Source of the DNA: Mobula hypostoma
Lineage: Eukaryota
NCBI RefSeq assembly: GCF_963921235.1
Contig: NC_086097.1
Location: forward strand, 139,378,001-139,442,000
Length of the DNA: 64,000 bases
Direction: 5' to 3'
The notes beneath the pieces were generated by a model. It was not told the origin of the DNA. It did not search any database and saw only the letters and a list, made by a program, of their open reading frames with translations. Both the position numbers and the translations under genes were made by a program. The stretch's first letter is position 1. Every line of letters starts with the position of its first letter. Shown piece after piece: positions 38,172 through 51,211 of the stretch.

Positions 38172-38334
38172 GACAGTGACCATGTTGTAATATCCCACAA
38201 CCTGACACAACACACCGACCATGTCCAGGTGACAGATCTACAACGGACCGCCTCCCTCCAACCCCTGGGGTGGGCCCACAACCAGAATGGTGACTGGTAC
38301 TTTGACGCAGGCAACAGGACCTTGTACTACCTGG
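38172..38334 (+). CDS. PKHD1L1: PKHD1L1-like exon F (DSDHVVISHNLTQ...NGDWYFDAGNRTLYYL)
   Basis: ttttacag|, G|gtaagt; 163 nt. Confidence 0.92.
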
Positions 38335-39694
38335 GTAAGTAAGTCGGCATGGTTACACGTGCTCCAGGCTTCCACTGGCCTGGGGGCTCAATGGGACTGG
38401 AGAAGGCTGCCGAGACAGAGGGCTGGAGTGGATGACACAGAGCACCTCAGTTTTGGGATAAAGAATGGGTTAATCCTGGGATGGAGGGTGGGAGTGAAGG
38501 CAACACCCCCACCCCCGTGTAATGGTGGGGGTTGATTGTGGATGAGCCACAGGTTGAAAGGTGAAGGTGGTGGATGGAAGTGACTCCCAGGTTGACGGGT
38601 GGGGGGTGGATGCAGCAGGAGTGACTCCCAGGGGAGGGGCGACCCAATTCAAGCATTAGGGTTTGATTTCCTTTTCCTAAATCCACGCTGACTCAGATCC
38701 TGCCACCATTCTCTGTTTGCAGCATTCAAACTGAACTGGAGCATTTCCCCACGACAGAGGTCAGGCTAACTCAGCAATAATTCCCTTTTTAAAACATTAG
38801 GGTTACATTAGCTATCTTCCAATCCACTGGAACTCATCCCAGATCCAAAGAATGTTGGAAAGTGACCAGCACTCTTTCCGGGATTGTCTTCCTACACTTC
38901 CTGGGATGCGGACTGCCCGGCCCTGGGATTTATTTTTCAATCCATTACTCTCCCTAACAGCTCTTCCTACTAATACTGATTTCACTCAGCTCCTTCATCT
39001 TACTGTCATTCCTGGGAGGTTACTGTGACCTTTCTGATGACTGAGTGAACCATTTGTTCAATTGTCTGTCAATCACTTTCTTCCCCATCCAAAGGTCCCC
39101 CCCCCCCGTGGTTGACATTAATTTTTCCTCAGTAATCTTTTCACATATCTACAGAAGGGTTTACAATCAGTTTTAATGATCCCTGCCACTGTGTTCTATT
39201 ACTCTGTTGGCCCTCTGCTGAGTTCTGAAATATCCTCCATTCAGTGCTTTAGCAGGCCAATGTAATCCAACTCTATCCTAATGTCTCCTTGGTAACCACA
39301 GTCGAGACACCCATCTGTTTAACTTTTGTGGCAGAACGGAGAGATCAGTTCATTCATTACCTCACTGAGAAGTCTGCAGTCCTGGTGAAGGTCTCCCACA
39401 GGGCTGTTAAGGAGGGTTTACACCCAGGGATTATGAAGGATTGCTGATGTAATTCTGTCAGGGTGCTAGATCTGGGGGATCTGCAGGAAAAGTGTTCCTT
39501 TACACTTTGTCCTTCTGGTTTGGCAGGTACTGTCAGAGTAGTTTGCCGAGTAACAGCATTGTGCCTTGTAGTTGGTGCACACCGTGTGCTGGTCGTGGAG
39601 GGAGTGAGTGTTCAAGAGGGTGGCTGGGGTGCAGAGCGAGTGGGCTGCTTTGTCCCGGTTGGCATTGAAAGAGCTTAAGCAAGTGGAGCCTGTT

Positions 39695-40050
39695 CCATAA
39701 GACATAGGAGCAGAATTAGGCCATTCAGCCCATTGGGTCTCCGCCATTCCATCATGGCTGATTTACTATGCCACTCAACCCCATTCTCCTGCCTTCTCCC
39801 TGTAACCTTTGACACCCTTACTAATCAAAAACCCATCAACTTCCACTTCAGATATACCCTATGACAGCCTCCACAGCCGTTTGTAGCAATGAATTCCACA
39901 AATTCACCTCCCTCTGGCTAAAGAAATTCCTCCTCACCTCTGTTCCAAAGAGACAGTCTTGTACTCTGAGAGTGTGTCCTCCATTCCAAGTCTCCCCTCC
40001 TATAGGAAACATCCCCTCTATGTCCACTTTGTCTAGGCCTTTCAATATTT
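39695..40050 (-). mobile_element. CR1 LINE 3' fragment
   Basis: cataagacataggagcagaattaggccattcagccc tail; ORF 39848..40045 encodes CR1 ORF2 C-terminus (RNFFSQREVNLWNSL). Confidence 0.85.
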
Positions 40051-40314
40051 ATCTCCATCATACTCCTGACTGGTGGAGAGACCTGGGGTGTTGGCAGACA
40101 AGTGATTCCCAGTCAGTGACCTGCTCTAGGCATAGTGTATGTGTCTGAGTTTCAGATCACTGATAGCCCCTCCTCTATTTTGGAACTGTATCCTGGCCTG
40201 ATACTGTATCAGGAGAGGAAGTTTGCTGCTCACCCACCTATACAGTGGCTCGTTGTTGCCACCTCGGGAACATTAGTGGTACTGCAACTAAAAGTTGATT
40301 CCGTTTGAAAGCAG

Positions 40315-40425
40315 CACACACAAAATGCTGGAGGAACTCAGCAGGCCAGGCAGCATCTATGGAAAAGAGTACAGTTGACGTTTCGAGCCGAGACCCTTCA
40401 TCAGGACTGGAGAGAAAAGGAAAGC
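40315..40425 (-). mobile_element. Short Penelope-like 3' terminal fragment
   Basis: Homologous to 53530-53630 (cacacaaaatgctggaggaactcagcaggccaggcagcatct). Confidence 0.8.
40373..40408 (-). ncRNA. Minimal type I hammerhead ribozyme motif (Penelope-associated)
   Basis: Minus strand AGUC-CUGAUGA-AGGGUCUCGGCUC-GAAACGUC/AACU; one helix I mismatch. Confidence 0.65.
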
Positions 40426-41031
40426 ACCAGTCATTAGATGTCACTCTGCATGGAAACCAGCCCTTCAGCCCAACTTATCCATGCGACCAAGATTCCCATT
40501 TACTCCCGTTTAGCCAATATCCCTCGAAGCCTTTTCTATCCTCGTACCTGTCCAAGTATCTTTTAAAAGTTGTTAATATACCTGCCTCAACCACTTCCAC
40601 ATACTGACCACTCTCTGAGTGGAAAAAGTTTGGCAGTCAAGTAATTTTACATCTCCTCCCTCACAACTTAAATCTGTGCTCTCTACTTCTTGATTCTGCC
40701 CCCCCCCCCCAAGTCCTGGACAACAGTCTTTACCTTCCTCCTATCTATGCCCTTCAAAATTTTATGTAGCTTGAAAAGATCACCCTTCATTCTCCTGAAA
40801 AAAAACTCCCAACCTGCCCAACCTCTCTCCATAACTCAGTCTCGAGTCCCAGCCACATCCTCCTCCTCTATCTCCTCTGCACGCCTTTCAGCTTAGAAAC
40901 AGCTTTGCTTAATGGGAAGAAAATGTATACTTCAGCATTTACAAATGAGTTTTATTTCTGATTTTGTTTTATTCCTCTTGGCCATCGTCAAGCTAGAACG
41001 CAGCAGCTATTAACAGAATTTACTGTTCCAG

Positions 41032-41185
41032 TTTCAGGGAAAGGTGCCCCTCATTATCCAAGTCTGGACCCGACCATGGTCGATGTAAACGTTCACCTCC
41101 GTGTCTTCCGCTGCTTTTACCAGAACTGCTCGTCTCCTCCCCAGTCTACTCTGCCGCCCTTCGTCAGCTCAGCTTCCCAATACAG
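41032..41185 (+). CDS. PKHD1L1: PKHD1L1-like exon G (VSGKGAPHYPSLDPTMVDVNVHLRVFRCFYQNC...)
   Basis: tgttccag|, AG|gtaaca; 154 nt; phases match neighbouring exons. Confidence 0.85.
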
Positions 41186-41681
41186 GTAACAGCGGTTCAC
41201 CTACAGGAGTGGCACGTGTGGACTGGCCCATTTCACCTCATGCTGGCTATATGTTCAGTATAGGGGAGGCCCTTCAGCTGCTTTAGTTTGTGCTGGCCCA
41301 CATCAAACCCGTCCCCCAATTAACATCTCCCTGTAACCTGTTCTCTCAGCATTCCAGCCAACTCCCCCAATATTCTCCCCCTCACCTACACACTGGGGGC
41401 ACTAGGTTAACCCACCAGTCCCACACAACTGTGTGATACGGAAGCCCACTTGGTCACAGGGAGGACGTGCATACTCCACACAGTCAGGTCACTGGAGCTG
41501 TGAGAGAGGATCTGAACCTGCTCATCCGTATGGAAAGTTTCATGAAGAAGCAGGAGCCGACCCTTTGAGTCTGTCTCCAGATCCTTTGTGGAGAGATCTC
41601 TCAGCCTCCCTACCCTCCTGGGGCTGGAGCATTTCTAAGGTTCAACACGCCCTGAGTGAAGGATCTGATCTTCATCTTTGT

Positions 41682-42262
41682 CATAAGATTAGAAGACATA
41701 GGAGCAGGATTAGGCCATTTGACCCATCAAGTTAAATAGGTACCGAGGGGATGTCAGGGGTAAGTGGTGAGTGCGTGGAATGCACTGCTGGCGATGGTGG
41801 TGGAGGCGGATACAATAGGGTCTTTTAAGGGCCTCTTAGATAGGTACATGGAGCTTAGAAATATAGAGGGCTATGAGCTAGGGAAATTCTAGGCAGCCTC
41901 TAGAGTAGGTTACATGGTTGGCACAACATTGTGGGCCGAAGGGCCTGTAATGTGCTTTAAATTTCTATGTTCTGTGAGTCAGCTACACCATTCCATTATG
42001 GCTGATTTATTATCCCTTCCAACCCAATTCTCTCCATAACCTTTGATGCTCTTACTAATCCAAAACCCATCAACCTCCGCTTTAAATATACCCAATGACT
42101 TGGCCTCCAGAGCCACCAGTAGCAATGAATTCCACAGATTCACTACCCACTGGCTAAAGGAATTCTTCCTCATCTATGATCTAAAGAGACATCTTTCTAC
42201 TCTGTGGCTGTAGCCTCTGTTCCAAGACTCCTCCACTATGGGAAACATCCTCTCCACATCTA
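41682..42262 (-). mobile_element. CR1 3' fragment interrupted by a + strand CR1-type 3' fragment (about 41733-41975)
   Basis: Host cataagattagaagacataggagcagg...ccatcaagt resumes at gagtcagctacaccattcc; ORF 41979..42173 (NSFSQWVVNLWNSL); insert ends gggccgaagggcctgtaatgtgc...tctatgttct. Confidence 0.75.
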
Positions 42263-42458
42263 AAACCAACACAAATCAATACCACAAAGACACAGGCCCT
42301 TTCACCCATCACTCTGTGCCAAATCAAACTAGTCTCATGGTCTACATCCCTCCATTCCCTACCTGTCACGTGCCTGTCTCAGTGACTCTGAGATGTTACT
42401 GTTGTCTCTACTTCCACCATCTCCCCTGACAGCCTGTTCCACTCTCTGTGCAAAAGCA

Positions 42459-43900
42459 AAAGTTCGAGGTACATTTGTTATCTAAGTATGTATACAGTAT
42501 ACAACTTGAGATACGTCCTCTTGCAGGCAGTCACAATACAAAGAAACACAATATAACCTATCTAAAATAAGCAAACACACACATACCACCAGACACTAAA
42601 TGTGATAAAAAAAAGAACACATTGTGCACACAGGTAACACATAGAGTATGAACCGCAGGGTCCCCGAAAGGGAGTGCACAGAACCAGTGGCAGTTCAGCA
42701 TTGACGCGTGAAAACCTCGCAGGGTGGTGAACAGAACAGTGGTTCATCTTTCACCCGCTGACTTGACACCTTGATCAAACTGCACAAATAGCAAAAGCAA
42801 ATGAAACAAAAACACAATGAGCATGAACTGCAGAATCACAGAAGTGAGTCCACAGCTGCAGAGCCCGTTAGGCGCTGAGGGGAGTGAAACCCGTCCAGGA
42901 ACCCGATGTCTGCAGGGTAACAACGGCTCCCAAACCTGGCGGCACGCGACCCAAGATACCTGTAACTCCTGCCTAATGGTAGTAGGGAGAAGAGGGAAGG
43001 ACACCGGTAAATGCAGGCAGAAGGCACTGAATACCTCTTCATTTTCTGCTTTCATCCTTGATGATTTTAATCTTGCACGACACTTTAATCAGCGCAGAGT
43101 AATGGCGCTAACCACAAGTTCGTCTACCAAAGTTCAAAGTACATTTATTATCAAAGTATGTATGCAATATACAACCCTGAGATTTGTCTTCCTGCAGGCA
43201 GTCACAAAACAAAGAAACACCATGGAACCCGTTCAAAGGAAACGTCAAACACCCAAAACACCTTAAGAAAAAGAACAAATCATGCAAGCGTCAAGAAATA
43301 AGCGAAAAACACAAGACTATTACATTTCAAATCACAGAGCCATTGAAACTGTCTGAGTGTTTGGTTTAGTTCAGTTCATTTCAATTTATCGTGTGTCATT
43401 CATTGACTGCAGGGTGCAGAGCCAATCTGCCCTGATCAAAATAGCAACAAATAAAAGGGGTAACCAGAGACCAGAAACACATATAACATGAACTGCAGTG
43501 TCCAGTCCACAAACCATGTGGATACATCGATTAAACCTTGTCCAAGACCCAAGACTCCAGCAGTATCAAGTGAGAGGGAGAGAGAGAGACCAGTCAAACG
43601 CAGGCAGGCTGAGCTGAACACCCACTCACCGTCTGCTCTCATGCTCCTTGATTTTAATCTTGTTCAACGCTTTAATCGGCGAGATCAGCAAGAAATGGAG
43701 TCTGTCATGGGCTCGCACACTCCGCTCGAAACCTCACCACACTCCCTCAGAGACAGCGAAGCACCAGATCAGTCAAACGGCCCGAAAGTACGCCATCAAA
43801 ATGTGAGTCACAGGTTCCAGTAGGAGAAGAATCATATTTGGAAGAAGAAGTAAAAGAAGAAATGGAAAAGGAGGGTCCGTTAACTATCTGAAGGGTCACC
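42459..43900 (-). repeat. Two adjacent diverged copies (~670-bp spacing) of a LINE-like 3' repeat
   Basis: aaagttc(g/a)a.gtacattt.ttatc.aagtatgtat at 42459 and 43129; shared atgaactgcag and gattttaatcttg. Confidence 0.6.
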
Positions 43901-45073
43901 TTTGCCTGCTGATGATATCTCCTGCCATCAAGCCTTGACACAAACTCCACCCCTGGTAATGTCCACCCTGACCAGACCTGCACTCTTGAGAGTCCAGTTC
44001 GCCAAATCCCCCGGGAGATCACAAAAGCACCAGATTGTTTAGTCAGTTCAAGTGAACATCCTTAAAAGGGAAATTATAGGCTGCAGACTGCAGTGATTGC
44101 AGTTCAAAAGAAGTATATATTTAACAGATTCTAGTAACTTTGTGAGATGTCTGAAAAATGTCACCGTTGGTCACTGACACCATCTTGTCTCGTGAATCTC
44201 CTTTAAGTTTCTGCCTCTCACACAGTCACAGGAAGAATATGCAAATAGCTGCCTGGGGCAGCATCCTTCCCATTTTAGACCCTAAAAATAATTTTCCAAA
44301 CTCCAGAGAATACAGTCCCAGCCTCATGTGGAAAGGGTGGGTTTTCCATGTGGAAAATCTACCAGTCTTACACGAGGAGACGAAAATTCTCTTCATCCTG
44401 ACGGGGCCTCATCAAGGCCCAGGAGAAACCTCTGCTCTTCTCCTCAGAATTAAGGCAACATACCACCTGCATTTGTAACCACTCAGTGCCCCTCTGTACA
44501 GGCACAACCATGTCCCTTTGGACATCAGCTCTGCCCAACTAGGCACCATTTCTTGTTAGCCGTCACACAGAACTCAAGGTGCACAACAACAGGGGGTATT
44601 TGGCCTGACCTTACTCTGCCAGCTCTTTTAGAATTTCTAATAGGTCCTAACCAATGCATGAGTTTTTCTACCTCCCCTGTGGTCTGGCTCCTGCCCGCCA
44701 GCCCACCCACCCTTCCCCATAACTATGGATCTCTCCCTCACTCTCCCAACCCTCTAGCTCCCCCATGTCCTTTCACCCTCCCCCCACACCTCCTTCCCAC
44801 CCACTATTCCCACCTTTCTCCAGTCCACCCCTCCCAAACCCCCCAGTTGTTCTCTGTACACTACTCGTCCTTGTGCTTCTGATTCCCTTTGACCCTCGCT
44901 ATGGTAAAGGCATCCACCAATCATCCTGAGAATCCACTCCATGGCTCCCTTGGTTGTAAGTGAATCGTTCCTTCTGCATCTGAAATCGACCTTCCTGGCA
45001 CTCTCAATTACCTACCTGACCTCTCATTTACCTCTTGTGTATATCACTGACTCCCAAAATTTCTCCTTTGCAG

Positions 45074-45162
45074 TCTGTGGTCGAACAACTCCTTCTGGGA
45101 ATCCTCTCCGGAAAACAACTTCACAGTTCCCAGAGAAGGTGACAGTGTGGTCATAGCCCAAG
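45074..45162 (+). CDS. PKHD1L1: PKHD1L1-like exon H (LWSNNSFWESSPENNFTVPREGDSVVIAQ)
   Basis: ctttgcag|, G|gtacga; 89 nt; leads into G8 domain. Confidence 0.92.
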
Positions 45163-45534
45163 GTACGATCCAAGCTGGTCAAAGCGATTTCCCGCGATGG
45201 AGCTCACTGGCAATGGCCTTCTAATGTCAGAATCTTCATGGTTTAAGGAGGCATTAACACTATCATTAGCACACACATCTGAGAGACTGTTTGAGGATAG
45301 TAAGATCAGATCAGATGTAGGCTCTGTGTAAAGGATGATGTAGGTTTTGAAAAATTTATTCTCATAGCACCAAGGAGAAATGCAGCAGGGAAACACGTGC
45401 TGTGGCCCAACTGTATCAACCAGGGTGCCCATCTAAGCTGGTGGCATTTGCCCGTGTTTGGCCAGAAGCCCTCTGATCCTTTCCCATCCATTATCTTATC
45501 CAAGAAGGTGTGAAAAGTTATGTGCCTCCTTGTT

Positions 45535-46662
45535 TTTGTTATATAATATAATTTTTATTGAGTTTTCAAAAAGAATACATGAAAAGATAAAATCTACCCT
45601 CCCCCCTCCCCTTAACCTTCCCCCCCTCCATATATAGTCCTACCTAAAAGAAAGAAGAGAAAAAAAAGAAGAGCGGCCTGGGTATTGGAAGGTTTCCACA
45701 TGCTCCATGGGATTCAAAATAAATTTGGTATAATTATTCGTTACTTTCCCCAAGGGACCAAGACCTTTATCGGAGCACTTAAATATGCCATCCTATCTTT
45801 TGTAAATAAGGGCGCCAAATATTCAAAAATGTTACATATTTATCTCTTAAATTATAAGTAATTTTTTCGAGTGGAATAGAACTAGCCATTTCATTATTCC
45901 AACGATCCATACTTAAATACGAATCAGATTTCCAAGTAACTGCTATAGCCTTCTTAGCTACTGCCAATGCAATTTTTATAAATTCTTTCTGATATTTATT
46001 CAATTTAAGTTTTGGCTTTATCCCTTCAATATCACTTAATAGAAATAATACAGGGTTATGTGGAAGCTGAGTTCCAGTAATTTGTTCCAGTAAGAGTCTT
46101 AAATTTATCCAAAAGGGTTGAATTTTAAAACAAGACCAAGTAGAATGTAAAAAAGTACCAATTTCTTGATTACACCAAAAGCAAAAGGTTGTCCATTATC
46201 ACCTGCTTTATTTGTACTGGCGATAGAGCCATTAGCAGAACTAATCAGAATTGATCCAGGTATTACAGGTTTTAGAGTTAATCAGGAGGAATATAAAATT
46301 AATCTTTTTGCCGATGATGTTTTGATTTACTTAACAGATCCACAACATTCGTTACATAAATTATCTTCTAGATTGGATAAATATGGGAAGGTATCAGGTT
46401 ATAAAATAAATTGGGTTAAAAGTGAAATTTTACCTCTTACTAAAGGAGACTATAGTCAATGTCGATTAGTAACCCAATTTAGATGGCCGGTAAATGGTAT
46501 AAAGTATTTAGGTATAAGACTTGATAATGATGTAAAGAATTTATATAAATTTAATTATTTACCACTATTGAAAAAAATTCAAGAAGATTTTGACAAATGG
46601 ATGATACTACCAATAACATTAGTAGGTAGAGTCAATGTTGTAAAAATGAATATATTTCCTAG
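45535..46662 (-). mobile_element. L1/Tx1-type LINE insertion with 5' inversion
   Basis: 45535-46165 is ORF2 C-terminus and 3' UTR on minus; 46166-46662 is RT (GCPLSP, LFADD, IKYLG, MNIFPR) on plus; 15-bp TSD ATGTGCCT(C/T)CTTGTT at 45520-45534 and 46663-46677. Confidence 0.88.
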
Positions 46663-46719
46663 ATGTGCCTTCTTGTTAAGGCAAGTTGGTGAATTTCAGC
46701 TTATTCAGAGGCCCCCCTT

Positions 46720-47291
46720 TGGTATTGACCACGGATGTTGCATCCCAGCTGTCTGCGTGAAGCACAAGCCAGTACTCGTGCAGGGCCAGTGCGACATGGA
46801 GAGCAAGCTGTTGCCCACGCCGCAAGAGCTCCCTCTCTCTACGCAACTGATGAATTCAAAGGAACGGCAGAGACGGATATAGTTTGGCACCAGTGGCATC
46901 ACAGGAGTTGCCAGTCAGCGTTGAACTCAACATAAGACTGCCTTAAGGGCTCCAGCTGAGGATTTTTCCTCCATTCCTCATCAGTGGGTTTAGCCACAAG
47001 GCAGTGGAGGTTTGATGTCAGAGTTTTCCCTCTCCCAGATGAGCTGCCAACCACAACTGACAAGCCCCACTTGCTCGAAGCAACTGGTTTGAAGGCACCA
47101 ATAACCCGCCGTTGCCCCTTCTCCTGTCAATAGGAATGGTTCCACTGGATTTGGAAGCTAAGCCACACATGAAGGTAGGAGCTGTACTTGGGTGCCAAAG
47201 GCTATTTGAGATGCACGATATTGGGAGCATTTAATAAGTAGAGGGAGCTTATCCCCACTACCCCCTCTGGCTATGACAACCTTAAGGAACC
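46720..47291 (-). mobile_element. Dispersed ~570-bp repeat, copy 2 (probably RTE-related)
   Basis: Homologous to 36165-36699. Confidence 0.65.
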
Positions 47292-47332
47292 TGGCAGCTG
47301 ATAGTTCTTCTGTAAATGCATTCTTGTTGTAG

Positions 47333-47484
47333 GGGTCTGGCTTCTGGTCGACATAAAGATTCCACCGCTCTTCAAACTTACCATCTATGGCACTTTGGAA
47401 GTTCAGGACGAGAATACAACATCGGACCACAATTCCTCACCCTACATGAGCATTGTCCTCAATGCTACCTACATCTCAGTCCAG
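47333..47484 (+). CDS. PKHD1L1: PKHD1L1-like exon I (GVWLLVDIKIPPLFKLTIYGTLEV...VLNATYISVQ)
   Basis: ttgttgtag|, CAG|gtaaca; 152 nt; G8 domain. Confidence 0.92.
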
Positions 47485-47670
47485 GTAACACGACACTTAG
47501 GGAGCTGGCCGAGGTTGACTGGTCTGAGGCTGACTGTTGTCTTGGGCACTCAGGGTTAGAAGCAGTAAACAGGCCAGCTGTTCCTGCTGAAGCCGGGCAC
47601 CCAAGGGCGTCTAAGAAATTGAATGTGTGGGTGGTAAGATCTGCACAATGGTCACAATGGGAAGGAGAGT

Positions 47671-48055
47671 GGGGTCAGATAGGGATGGAGCGGGACACTG
47701 GGGTCAGATAGGGATGGAGCGGGACACTGGGGTCAGATAGGGATGGAGCGGGTTACTGGGGTCAGATAGGGATGGAATGGGACAGTGAGGTCAGATAGGG
47801 ATGGAGTGGGATACTGGGGTCAGATAGGGATGGAATGGGACAGTGAGGTCAGATAGGGATGGAGTGGGATACTGAGGTCAGATAGGGATGGAGCGGGATA
47901 CTGGGGTCAGATAGGGATGGAGTGGGATACTGGGGTCAGATAGGGATGGAGTGGGACAGTGGGGTCAGATAGGGATGGAATGGGACACTGGGGTCAGATA
48001 GGGATGGAATGAGACACTGGGGTTAGATAAGGATGGAGTGGGACAGTGAGGTTAG
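47671..48055 (+). repeat. 29-bp G-rich minisatellite GGGGTCAGATAGGGATGGA(GC/AT/GT)GGGA(C/T)ACT, ~13 units, decaying into a purine-rich tract to ~48350
   Basis: Directly visible period of 29. Confidence 0.95.
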
Positions 48056-48440
48056 ACACAGAGAGTGAAGTGAGAGTGGTGTCAGATAGGGATGGAGCAG
48101 GAGAGTGGGGTCGGACAGGGAGAGAGTGAGGGGAGAGTTGGGTTGGACAGGGGGAGAGTGGGGTTGGACAGGGAGGGAGTAAGAGGAGAGTGGGGTCAGA
48201 CAGGGAGAGAGTGACAGGAGAGTGGATACAGACGGAGAGAGTGAGGGGATAGTTAGGTTAGACGGGGGAGAGTGGGGTTGGACAGGGAGGGAGTAAGGGG
48301 AGAGTGGGTACAGACAGGGAGGGGAGAGTGGGGTTGGACAGGGAGGGAGGAGGGTGCTGTTTGTGCAGCTAGAATGCAGATTGCTCTCCGGCCTTGCTCT
48401 GGTGCTCTGACTGAGGTGTGTAATTGGGTGTTGTTGGCAG

Positions 48441-48570
48441 GGAGGCAGGCTCATCGCAGGAACGCCGGAGAAACCGTTCAGAGGAGAGCTCCTGATCGTT
48501 CTGCGAGGAGACCATCTGACCCCGGACTGGCCGTTATCGGATGGCCCTAACCAGGGGGCCAAGGTGCTGG
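48441..48570 (+). CDS. PKHD1L1: PKHD1L1-like exon J (GGRLIAGTPEKPFRGEL...GPNQGAKVL)
   Basis: ttggcag|, G|gtgagt; 130 nt. Confidence 0.93.
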
Positions 48571-48761
48571 GTGAGTGGGTCAGTGAGAGCACCGAGTGAA
48601 ACATAGTCCCGGTGCTGTGCATCCTCTTGCCACCTCGCTCTGTCACAGCTCGTACAGAGAACAGGAACACGACCACGACATCCCTCAACCCCTCAAGGCT
48701 GCTTCTTCACAGCTGACCCTCCACCTGTCATCAGAATTATGGAGTTCCCACAGAGTTCACT

Positions 48762-48975
48762 GTGGGGGCAACATGGTAGTGAGATAATCAGCAGATTGCT
48801 ATCGTGGTGCCGCGGACCTGGGTTCAGCTCCCTCCACTGTCTGTCGAGAGTTTCTTCTCCCAGTGCCTTTGGGTTGTCCACTTTCCTCCCAAATTGCAAA
48901 GGTGTGAATTGGTCACGTGGGTGTGCTTGGGCAGTGTGGACTTGTTGGGGCAGCTGGAGGGGCTGGATCCCTAAA
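48762..48975 (+). mobile_element. Degenerate tRNA-derived SINE
   Basis: ggggcaacatggtagtgag head, B-box-like ctgggttcagctcc, V-domain remnant actttcctcccaaattgcaaag. Confidence 0.5.
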
Positions 48976-49339
48976 CAAATACATCAATCTCTGAGATGGG
49001 CAATCCGATACCTGACGGCCAAAGGCAGCCCGCAGTGAGCGAGCTGAGGTTCCATGTAGCCTTGGGGTAACCCAGCAGCCGGGAGGCTGGATGTTCTGCC
49101 TGTCCTCCAGCTTCTACCAAGATGGCCCGTGGCAATGACGTCCCTTCTGCCTCACCCCGCAAGCTACACAGAAGGATGGTCCGACCAGCCTCAGGGTTCA
49201 GTGCCTTGGGGGACCAGTCCCACACTCACACCATCCTCCTGGCTTCACTTTGTGTCCCCCACCCCAACATCTCATGCCTGTTTCAGTGGGCCTGCAGCCC
49301 CAGGTGACCGTGGCTCCCCTCCCCTCTCCTGTTCTGCAG

Positions 49340-49461
49340 GTGTGTTCGGAGGACTGGATCTGCACGGGATCCCTCACCGGCTCTACAGGACCAAGCTAGG
49401 GCAGACAGCACCGGCCGGTTCCCTCAACCTAACGTTGGCAGCAGCCGTCGTCGACTGGCAG
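49340..49461 (+). CDS. PKHD1L1: PKHD1L1-like exon K (GVFGGLDLHGIPHRLYRTKL...VVDWQ)
   Basis: ttctgcag|, CAG|gtacag; 122 nt. Confidence 0.93.
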
Positions 49462-49749
49462 GTACAGGCCGGGGTCCTGTGCAGGGAATTAGGGGAACTC
49501 TGCTGTGGGCAGAGGGGAGGGAGAAGAGGTGACTTGGCTCTAATGGAGAGTGTGCTCACCATCATAATGTAGAAAATACAAGACCCTTTATGCAGAGCAA
49601 GATCCCACACAAGGCGGAGGTGATGATGGATTAGGGCGGGAACGTCAGCGACTTCCATACCCTTCTTCCTGTGATGTGGGGCCTCAGTGGGTGTGAGAGT
49701 GAGCTCATGGGGCTTTCAAACGTTACGCCTGGGATGGTGCTGACACTGC

Positions 49750-50280
49750 CCATAAGACCAGAATCGGAACAGTATTCATCTGCTCTGTTATTCAATCGTG
49801 CTGATTTATCTTTGCTCTCAACCCCATTCTCCTGCCTCCTCCCTGTAACTTTTGACACCCTTACTAATCGAGAACCTGTCGACCACTTTAAATATACCAG
49901 CATCTTGGCCACGACAGCTGTCTGTAGAAATGAGTTCCACAGATTCACCACCATCTGGCTAAAGAAATTCCTTCTCTGTTCTAAAGGGATATCCTTCTAT
50001 TCTGAGGCTGAAACCTTTGGTCCGAGACACTCACTATGGAAACATCTTTTCCACATCCACTCTATCTACATCTAACAATATTCATTAGATCCTCCCCGCC
50101 CCCCATTCTTCTAGACTCCCAACAAGTACAGAGCCAGAGCTATAAAATGCTCCTCATACATTAATCCTTTCATTCCTAAAATCATTCTCATGAACGTCCC
50201 CTGCTCTCCAAGGCAAACACATCCATTTTTTAGGTACGAGACCAAACCACTCAAAGTACTTCAAATGTGGTTTTATAAAG
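49750..50280 (-). mobile_element. Degenerate CR1 3' fragment
   Basis: caaccccattctcctgcc, gagttccacagattcaccaccatctggctaaagaaattcc, as in 39695-40050. Confidence 0.75.
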
Positions 50281-50919
50281 CCTCAGCCACTCTATGCTCC
50301 GACAACAGTGCATTCCCAACATGCAGACATGCTGGTATCAGGGCTCGGGGGAAGATGGGGTGGGATCAATAGTAGGGTTGGTGTCAGGGTTAGAAACTCC
50401 AACATAAGGAGCGAAACCCTTCTCCCTCCACATTCACACCCTTGATACTTGATCCTCTGCTGACACAGGGGCCTTTTCTGTCCACTCTGTCTGAGGATCT
50501 TATAATGTTGCCCACCATAAGTCTTCCCATGGTCTTTTCTGTTCGAGAGAGTTCTCACCAGTCTTCCTTTATGACACTGGTTTTCTAATCTAATCCTGCC
50601 GATATCTTGGTGAATGTCCTCTGCATCCTCTCAGCAGTCACATCTGCCCTGTGTTCAGTCGTCCAGCTGTGGCCTCACTACTGTAGGTGGGCACAGACTT
50701 GCCACTCTTGTATGCAGTGCCTTGGCTAATAATGACATCATCCTGGGCACCTGTTGACCACAGTATTGACTCCTGATTGACACAAGCTCCCTGATGTTCA
50801 TTGTGCATCCGTGTTGTGAATTATACAGAGATACATTCAATTCCATTTCATACTTCATCCTTCCACACTCTTAACTGCAGCCTGACTCCCCTCGGCTCCA
50901 TCAGCACACACCCAGTACT

Positions 50920-51170
50920 TGTATTACGCGGGACTGTGTACACACACATCTGGTGTCTGTGTTACTTGGGGCTGTGTGCATGCACATTCAGTGTCTGCAT
51001 CACGTATGACTGCGTTCATACATGCCCAGTGTCTGTGTTACATTACGCGGGACTGTGTACACACACATCTGGTGTCTGTGTTACTTGGGGCTGTGTGCAT
51101 GCACACTCAGTGTATGCATCACGTATGACTGCGTTCATGCATGCCCAGTGTCTGTGTTACATGGGGCTGT
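50920..51170. repeat. Tandem duplication of a 119-bp unit (~2.1 copies) with internal gtgtctgtgttac subrepeats
   Basis: ttacgcgggactgtgtacacacacatctgg at 50924 and 51043. Confidence 0.9.
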
Positions 51171-51211
51171 TCACTTCCACTGACATGACACACGCCTGTT
51201 CTCTGTGCCAG

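Noticed and set aside
46166..46882. 238-aa ORF as a functional RT gene
   Set aside because: Inverted L1 fragment reading through the TSD into an unrelated repeat
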